Of a stretch of 64,000 bases of DNA, positions 58,148 through 64,000 are shown piece by piece. Location of the stretch: IMG/VR virus record IMGVR_UViG_2700989400_000004, positions 1 to 64,000 of that record. One strand, given 5' to 3'. The DNA comes from a virus. Lineage: Duplodnaviria > Heunggongvirae > Uroviricota > Caudoviricetes. The position numbers and the translations under genes were made by a program. How positions within the stretch are numbered: the stretch's first letter is position 1; every line of letters starts with the position of its first letter. The notes under the pieces are model-generated. The model made no database searches, was not told where the DNA came from, and saw nothing but the letters and a program-made list of their open reading frames with translations.

Positions 58148-58768
58148 TTAATGCAGTACACGTTTTTCCGGGTGAGGCATTGGCTGTGCACGTTTCCGCG
58201 CTTCATTCAGCACTGACGCCACCGCCCGGACGCCAAAATCATTAGCCCGCATATCATTGCCGACCATCTCGCCATAAATAAGCGGCATAAATTGCCTTGC
58301 GTTATCCTCGATGTGTCCATTTTCAACCGCTTTCTGAAGTACGCCAGCCTCAAGGATATCGCGCATCAGTTCACGGATTGTATATAATGAAGCACTACCC
58401 ATCGCCCCTTCGCCCAGCGGGACAATCACCGCGCTACCATATGCAAGCGGATCCAGTTCTTCCGGTACTGGTACACGTCCAAAATCTTCTTCCATGCGTT
58501 TTACGAAAGTAAGGCAGAAGACGTAACGCGCTACCGATGTTTTCTCTTCCGCATTCAAAGATACGTAATCGCGCATTGACGCATCCATTACAAGATCAGC
58601 AATTTGTAGCGCCAGGTTTAAATCCCCGTCATACACGCCCGCGTCCATATCTTTAATGACTTCGTGGTAGTTCTTTGTTTCCACTTCATGAAAACATGCG
58701 TCCTCTGTGTAGCGAGTGATTAACATGCCTTCGCTGCCAAGTGAATAAGCTGTTTTGATGTCGTTCAT
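58148..58768 (-). CDS. hypothetical protein
   Basis: About 206 aa from internal ATG. Confidence 0.4.
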   Translation of the reverse strand: MNDIKTAYSLGSEGMLITRYTEDACFHEVETKNYHEVIKDMDAGVYDGDLNLALQIADLVMDASMRDYVSLNAEEKTSVARYVFCLTFVKRMEEDFGRVPVPEELDPLAYGSAVIVPLGEGAMGSASLYTIRELMRDILEAGVLQKAVENGHIEDNARQFMPLIYGEMVGNDMRANDFGVRAVASVLNEARKRAQPMPHPEKRVLH

Positions 58769-58779
58769 GATATTTATCC

Positions 58780-59112
58780 TTATAACGGGTGATGCCATCG
58801 CATTTCAGTTTCTGAATTAAACGGGATACCTTCGCTTGAAAGGAATAAATCACGCTCCCGTTTCAGTTCTTCCGGGCTTATTTCTATTTCATCAATCTGA
58901 CCGAACGATCCCGGCATCATTCTTTTTAAATCAGATAGCGGACGCATAAGGCCGCAACCGCGTAACAGCATATCGACCGCGAATTGTCTACGTCCGGCGG
59001 CGTCATTAAAGCGCCGTGCCCAGGGCACAACCACGATCCGGCGTTCGAATTCGATAAATAGTGATAGCTTGTTTGTTTCGCTATCATATGCTTTATGGAA
59101 TTTAATTTTCAT
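58780..59112 (-). CDS. hypothetical protein
   Basis: 110 aa. Confidence 0.35.
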   Translation of the reverse strand: MKIKFHKAYDSETNKLSLFIEFERRIVVVPWARRFNDAAGRRQFAVDMLLRGCGLMRPLSDLKRMMPGSFGQIDEIEISPEELKRERDLFLSSEGIPFNSETEMRWHHPL

Positions 59113-59293
59113 TTAACACCTCGACGTATTGCTCAAGATGCCATTTACCCACCTCGTCGTCTTCTTCATCAAATAATGTTACTTGACCCCCTGGCCCGAA
59201 AGAAAAGGCAGCGACAATAAATTTATAGCCATACCACGTGCGGATCTTTTCGCCGCCTTTCAGGTCTTTAACTTTCACTAATTTTATAGCCAT
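59102..59293 (-). CDS. hypothetical protein
   Basis: 63 aa. Confidence 0.3.
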   Translation of the reverse strand: MAIKLVKVKDLKGGEKIRTWYGYKFIVAAFSFGPGGQVTLFDEEDDEVGKWHLEQYVEVLNEN

Positions 59294-59559
59294 ACGCCAA
59301 ACATCCCATTCAATCCGGCGAACAACTGCCGCCAGTGGTCTTCAACATAAGCCCGGAAAGGCTTAACGCGAACATTGCGGGCCTTCAGCGTGATACTGTC
59401 AAAATAACGCGGCTCGATCAGCGTACCATCAAGGTATTGAACGAGGATCGGGCGCTCAAAGTCGCTACATGTTTTATTCAGCACGACCAGACCGGGGTCA
59501 CTACGATATGCGGGCAAAACAACGAGATCACCCGCCTTTGCATCCCATAACATCATCAC
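59284..59559 (-). CDS. hypothetical protein
   Basis: 91 aa. Confidence 0.35.
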   Translation of the reverse strand: MMMLWDAKAGDLVVLPAYRSDPGLVVLNKTCSDFERPILVQYLDGTLIEPRYFDSITLKARNVRVKPFRAYVEDHWRQLFAGLNGMFGVWL

Positions 59560-59675
59560 ATCACCCCTTTACCAATAAGGCCAATCACCGCCGCCAGTGC
59601 GCCACAAAAGACAACCGTAAACAGGAAGCAAATAACGCAAAACGCGACCGTTACAATATCCTTACTGACTTTCAT
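59559..59675 (-). CDS. small hydrophobic peptide (38 aa)
   Basis: MKVSKDIVTVAFCVICFLFTVVFCGALAAVIGLIGKGVM. Confidence 0.3.
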
Positions 59676-59683
59676 AATTAGCC

Positions 59684-59797
59684 TCACATATTAGTAATCA
59701 GTTTGATGATCGCCACCGTAATATAAAGCGATACGCTGAGATACAGCACCGCCACCGCTACCGCCGCCAGCAATGCGGCAATTTTTGCGAGATTCAT
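59684..59797 (-). CDS. small hydrophobic peptide (37 aa)
   Basis: MNLAKIAALLAAVAVAVLYLSVSLYITVAIIKLITNM with GGAGGG Shine-Dalgarno. Confidence 0.35.
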   Translation of the reverse strand: MNLAKIAALLAAVAVAVLYLSVSLYITVAIIKLITNM

Positions 59798-60246
59798 TTG
59801 CCACCCTCCGCTATGAATTTATCAAGCCATTTATTATTCGCCAGGCGTTCGGCATCTTCGCCAAATGATTTACGGTCGCTTAATTCCTGGCGCGTTGGAA
59901 AATTCCAGTGGTCATGCCAACCCGCAGACGTTTCGAATTCATATAAGCCGCCGCTAAAAGTAACAAGCTCGTCAGCACCGTCGGGTATTTCTTTATCGAC
60001 TTCTTTATCTTCGATCATGATTGACACCTCATTAATCGTTAATAACCTGGCCCATACGCCCGCGATATTTGCGCATACGTGGATCGACATATTCAGGCCA
60101 ATGCATATCCTGTTTTCTTTGCAGTGGGTAAAAACTTGCCTGCCAGTTGTCGAACCATATTTGCTTTGCGTACAGGTCACTAAATCTTTTCGCCATCCGT
60201 TCAGCCGAACTACCAGCAATAAAAAACCCGCGATCGATTTGATCAC
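59794..60246 (-). CDS. hypothetical protein
   Basis: ORF; start uncertain. Confidence 0.3.
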   Translation of the reverse strand: MIKSIAGFLLLVVRLNGWRKDLVTCTQSKYGSTTGRQVFTHCKENRICIGLNMSIHVCANIAGVWARLLTINEVSIMIEDKEVDKEIPDGADELVTFSGGLYEFETSAGWHDHWNFPTRQELSDRKSFGEDAERLANNKWLDKFIAEGGK

Positions 60247-60376
60247 GGGCTTCTTTCAATACTTGCTCTTTTGTTCGTGGTGGCGGCGGCGGTTTTAAAT
60301 AATCGCCCATCACTAACCTATCGATTCTAAAACGGGATATCTGGATCGAAATCATCCGGCGGCGGATAGTTTCCAT
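60032..60376 (-). CDS. hypothetical protein
   Basis: ORF with polyproline stretch; start uncertain. Confidence 0.3.
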   Translation of the reverse strand: METIRRRMISIQISRFRIDRLVMGDYLKPPPPPRTKEQVLKEARDQIDRGFFIAGSSAERMAKRFSDLYAKQIWFDNWQASFYPLQRKQDMHWPEYVDPRMRKYRGRMGQVIND

Positions 60377-60740
60377 TATTGTTTTGCGGTTGCGCTTTCT
60401 GCTGCTGGCCTTGCTGCTGGCCCTGTTGGTTAACGTTCATGAATTCAAACTCACTAACCACCACTTCTACCGCAGTCCCCTTCGTGCCGTCATTCCGGTC
60501 ATATTGCCGAACATCCAGGCGACCGCTTACAACAATTTTTCCACCCTTGCGGATATGTGGCGCTAATTTTTCCGCACGCTCACCAAATACCAGACAAGTG
60601 ATCCACATTACCCGCTTATTATCACCGTAGCCATTCGTTACAGCTAACGGGAAGTTACCGATCGCTTTACCGTTTTGCGTGTAGCGGACTTCCATGTCAT
60701 TTCCGATATTCCCGCCCAGCGTAATTGAATTTAAACTCAT
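60327..60740 (-). CDS. ssb: single-stranded DNA-binding protein
   Basis: OB-fold N-terminal region, Gln/Gly-rich linker, acidic C-terminal DDFDPDIPF tail. Confidence 0.85.
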   Translation of the reverse strand: MSLNSITLGGNIGNDMEVRYTQNGKAIGNFPLAVTNGYGDNKRVMWITCLVFGERAEKLAPHIRKGGKIVVSGRLDVRQYDRNDGTKGTAVEVVVSEFEFMNVNQQGQQQGQQQKAQPQNNNGNYPPPDDFDPDIPF

Positions 60741-61381
60741 TAACCCATCTCCCCGTTAAGCTCTGATTTTCTGATCTGGTATACGTCGCTTGCTTTCTGT
60801 CGTTGCTCTGAATTTTCAGGTAATAACTTCCAGCATTTAGCAAAAATATCTTTAAGCGCTTTTTCGTCCGGCGCTTTCGATGCTGCATCACAGAAACGCG
60901 CTAATACTTCATCAGGATTTGGCGGCGCTTTCGGCTGCTGTGGTTGTTGTTTTGGCGGGTTTTTCTGCTGTCGCGGCTGTTGTCCTGTCTGCTTAGCGTA
61001 AGCATCAGTATCTAAATCTTTCGCGTCATCAATACAGAACAAGCCGTTTAAAGCATATTTTCGCGCGTAACTTGATGTCGCCCCTGTTAACTGGCCCGCC
61101 GTCATGCCCTTTTGCTCTTTTTCCTCCCTGGCGAACGCAGTAGCTGAGATTGAATCTTCACCGTCGCTTAGTGTCGCCGTAGCTTTCACATAATAGCGAT
61201 CACCAATCAGGACAATTTCATCACTAACCATTAATGTGACGTTTTGAAGCAGTGGCTTGACAGCCTCTAAAATATCCTCAGCCGACCTATAGCTATAGCC
61301 ACCGAATTTATTGTATTGCCCTTTTGGCGCGTTCAGTGTTTGCTGAATCGTCCACAGTTTTTTGTGTAACTCTGTTTTCAC
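60740..61381 (-). CDS. putative single-strand annealing protein (Erf-like)
   Basis: 213 aa; position next to ssb; Gln/Pro-rich C-terminal linker. Confidence 0.5.
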   Translation of the reverse strand: MKTELHKKLWTIQQTLNAPKGQYNKFGGYSYRSAEDILEAVKPLLQNVTLMVSDEIVLIGDRYYVKATATLSDGEDSISATAFAREEKEQKGMTAGQLTGATSSYARKYALNGLFCIDDAKDLDTDAYAKQTGQQPRQQKNPPKQQPQQPKAPPNPDEVLARFCDAASKAPDEKALKDIFAKCWKLLPENSEQRQKASDVYQIRKSELNGEMG

Positions 61382-61530
61382 TATTTGATCTCCTTCGCTG
61401 TTAACACTACGTATAAGGCTTTATTCGCGGCGCTCCACATTTCGGCATCGTGAAGCATTTCCGCTACTGCCAGTTTGAATTGAAGCGCCTGAATAACCAT
61501 AATGTCACCTCCGATTGTATACATTTTGTA

Positions 61531-61821
61531 TTAATGGTATCGAACTTTATCTAACGGGATCTCCCAAAGCTGGCGCGGCTGCGTTGCGTGGAAGTAGTTG
61601 CCGCTTTCATTTTCCTGATACCATTTTGTCGCGCCCTTGCGACGTTCTTTAACGCTATTTGATTTGCATCTTTCCTCATTTGCAAAGCGAATAGCTTTTT
61701 CCACTTTATCAATCTTCTGTATGTGCGGGCCTTCGTCTTGTTCGGCTGCCCGCTTCATCCGGCGGCGCTTCCGTGCATTTAATTTGCTCTCACAGTTACC
61801 GTAAATGATCTTCGCATTCAT
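61531..61821 (-). CDS. putative N-like antitermination protein (arginine-rich motif)
   Basis: NARKRRRMKRAAEQ near N-terminus resembles N-protein arginine-rich motifs; first gene downstream of repressor. Confidence 0.4.
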   Translation of the reverse strand: MNAKIIYGNCESKLNARKRRRMKRAAEQDEGPHIQKIDKVEKAIRFANEERCKSNSVKERRKGATKWYQENESGNYFHATQPRQLWEIPLDKVRYH

Positions 61822-62266
61822 AATCTTTTCTCCTTAGTTAAAATCATGTTTGCTACATTTCAGTAGCGACCAGATTGTTAAAGAGAATGGCTTAACATCG
61901 TTCAACTAATCCCGCAATCATCGCCGTTTCCGGTGTGACACCACTCAATCCAAGTGATCTGACTCGTCGCCTTGCGTGCGGTTTCGTGGGGGATGTAACG
62001 CTTTAAACACCCCATGCGCCTTGTTATCAGTGCCGCTTTCGGTCCCACATCGGGGAGTTACTCCACGGTTGACAAGGTGTTAAGCCTGATTTTTAAAGTG
62101 CCTGGAAGGTGTTTTTGTTTCCTGTCTCCTTCCTTTGACTCGCAATATACGCCCTGTGATATGTCGAGTCAATCCATTTTGTATACTTTTTTAAAATATT
62201 TTCTATCTCATTGATATTTAAATGATAAAACCCGTTCTCGGTTTACATTTTGGTGCTTTCTGGGCA

Positions 62267-62289
62267 AAGAAAAGCCGCCATCCGGCGGC
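62267..62289 (-). terminator. rho-independent terminator after repressor gene
   Basis: GCCGCC atcc GGCGGC with T-tract on minus strand. Confidence 0.55.
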
Positions 62290-62295
62290 TAATGT

Positions 62296-62943
62296 TTATG
62301 GCAGATTTACGATCTTCGCGTCCACCACCACGCCAATAATTTTTGATTCAGGATTTAGCGGGATTGGTGGATACAACGGATTAAGCGAACGTAAAAGCCT
62401 TTGACCTCCATCAATAATCAACTGTTTAAACGTCGGCGTTTGCCCTTCCTCCAATTGGGCTATAACCAGTTTGCCGTCAATAGCTGGCGCGTGTGGATCA
62501 ACAAGTATCATCGTTCCCGCCGGGATGCTCAATCCTTGCGGCGCGTTCATCGATTCACCTTTTGCAACCAGCCAATAACTATCATCCGAACAAATCACGC
62601 TAGTGTTAACGTGCGGTAATGATGCGCGTTTTGCTTCTTCCATGTAGTTTCCTGCGTCTTTCCAGTCAATCACCGGATAACGCCCTACGTCGAGCGGTGG
62701 CGCTCCCGGCAGTGTATTAGAAAGTGAATCATCAATAACCATCCCATCATGTGTGACCGTAAACTGCCGACGACCAAGCGCCCGCATGATCCGCGCAATA
62801 TCTTCCAGGTTAGGCTCACGACGACCATTTAGCCAGTGTGATAAGCCGCCCTTTGTGATCCCCATGAGATCCGCCAATGAATCCTGGCTCATACCTTGCG
62901 CCCGCATGAGTTGTTTAGCTAAGTCATACCATTTTGTTTTCAT
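62296..62943 (-). CDS. cI-like repressor (HTH plus S24 LexA-like peptidase domain)
   Basis: N-terminal HTH; C-terminal GESM (Ser) and K dyad typical of LexA/cI autocleavage domain. Confidence 0.8.
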   Translation of the reverse strand: MKTKWYDLAKQLMRAQGMSQDSLADLMGITKGGLSHWLNGRREPNLEDIARIMRALGRRQFTVTHDGMVIDDSLSNTLPGAPPLDVGRYPVIDWKDAGNYMEEAKRASLPHVNTSVICSDDSYWLVAKGESMNAPQGLSIPAGTMILVDPHAPAIDGKLVIAQLEEGQTPTFKQLIIDGGQRLLRSLNPLYPPIPLNPESKIIGVVVDAKIVNLP

Positions 62944-63028
62944 GTCGCTACCCTATCGCCCTAAAAAGTTTGATGCAAGTCACAAAATGTATTTTTCAAG
63001 TCTTGACCTAAAAACGCCATTCTGTAAA

Positions 63029-63067
63029 CTTGCAGACAAGGTAAAGCCAGACTTGCAAGGATGCAAG
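63029..63067. promoter_or_regulatory. operator-like repeats in divergent immunity promoter region
   Basis: ACTTGCAGACAAGG and CTTGCA agga TGCAAG palindrome between repressor and rightward genes. Confidence 0.4.
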
Positions 63068-63250
63068 AAAAAAGATAAGGGAATAGCACAAAAAGGCGCA
63101 TACCTTAAAAGCTCTTTAAAAACCCGGTGTCGCTGCGAAGCGAAAAACAAATATCACGCAACGGCGGGATCTGTTGAGCGGTCAATCACTGCTATCTAAT
63201 GCTAATGGGATACCCGCCCGCGCGTTCATTTTAACCATAGGAGAAAAATC

Positions 63251-63506
63251 AATGAGTATGCACATGATGACTGAAGCCTGGAAAGTGGAACTTAACAGCC
63301 CGATTCAAAAACTTGTCTTAATGGCTTTGGCTGAAAAGGCGGATAACCGCCGCCACGCCAGGGTGTCACACCAAGAAATCGCAAAAATGTGTGAACTTCC
63401 TGTAAATACGGTAATGGTTGCTATCGACGGATTAACGCACAAAGGATTTATTTGTAACCCTTACCCGGTAAATGACGTTTACCTGGTAATGCTGCCGGAG
63501 GAATGA
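63251..63506 (+). CDS. small DNA-binding regulator (Cro/CII-position)
   Basis: 85 aa with AGGAGA Shine-Dalgarno; first gene of rightward operon. Confidence 0.45.
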
Positions 63507-63509
63507 TCC

Positions 63510-64000
63510 ATGAAGTGGTTTAAGCATGATAGCGATGCGAACCGCGATGAAAAACTTCAAAACGTTTTGCTCGATTATGGTCTGGAAGGATACGGTCTTT
63601 ATTGGTACTGCCTCGAACTAATCACTTATGACGTAGATCAGCATAATCTCACTTTCGACCTTCGACATGACGCGAGAATCATCGCGCGAAATGTCGGTTC
63701 GACTGAAAAACGTGTAGAAGAAATGATGAAATACTTCATCGAAATTGGTTTATTTGAATGTTCTCAAGGCCATATAACATGCTTAAAGTTATTGAAAAGG
63801 CTGGACCAATCAATGACTTCTAAGAGTGGTTACAGAGCTGCTATAAATGCAGCAAAAGAACAATTCAAATTAGAAAAGTTAATCAACCCAACGCCAAAAG
63901 GTCATGATAGGGTCATGACCGGGTCATGGCAGGGTCATGAATTAGAATTAGAAGAAGAATTAGAAGAAGAAATAGAAAAAGATATATACACTTCGTGTAT
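63510..64000 (+). CDS. replication initiation/replisome organizer protein (partial, continues past window)
   Basis: GGAGG Shine-Dalgarno; N-terminal MKWFKHDSDANRDEKL typical of phage replisome-organizer N-domains; contains iterons. Confidence 0.6.
   Translation, partial: MKWFKHDSDANRDEKLQNVLLDYGLEGYGLYWYCLELITYDVDQHNLTFDLRHDARIIARNVGSTEKRVEEMMKYFIEIGLFECSQGHITCLKLLKRLDQSMTSKSGYRAAINAAKEQFKLEKLINPTPKGHDRVMTGSWQGHELELEEELEEEIEKDIYTSC
63900..63940 (+). repeat. four direct GGTCATG(A) iterons at about 11-bp spacing inside replication gene (putative ori)
   Basis: Copies at 63900, 63911, 63922 and 63933. Confidence 0.55.

Overview
The window looks like an Escherichia/Shigella chromosome segment in which the conserved abg locus (mcaS sRNA, abgR, abgA, abgB, abgT; about 12.9-18.3 kb) is flanked by two mobile elements. 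(1) Positions 1-12,700 are the int-proximal part of a P4-like/PICI-like satellite element, entirely minus-strand: tyrosine integrase, AlpA, antirepressor-like protein, a divergent operator palindrome, a Toprim primase/helicase followed by a CGGGATA iteron origin, a ProQ/FinO-like protein, PerC, and an AT-rich cargo region with a lipoprotein, membrane proteins, small peptides and TTGACAC repeats. (2) Positions 18,400-64,000 are a lambdoid prophage that continues past the window end: side tail fiber, J/I/K/L/M-like tail genes, tape measure, head genes, portal, terminases, SAR-endolysin lysis cassette, Q antiterminator, NinG, RusA, two DNA methyltransferases, SSB, Erf-like annealase, N-like protein, LexA-like cI repressor, then a rightward replication gene with internal iterons. 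The prophage carries several blocks of unrecognised genes in unusual places: a tandem array of nine tiny hydrophobic peptide ORFs between lysis and terminase, a roughly 4 kb island of 16 small ORFs between Q and the holin, and three antisense cassettes interleaved with the tail genes. It also carries a recurring palindromic element upstream of four tail genes, a doubly frameshifted HNH endonuclease pseudogene and a connector gene with an in-frame amber codon. No tRNA, rRNA or CRISPR array was found. All functional calls are from reading the translations and recalled family signatures; no database search was run, and most start codons are provisional.
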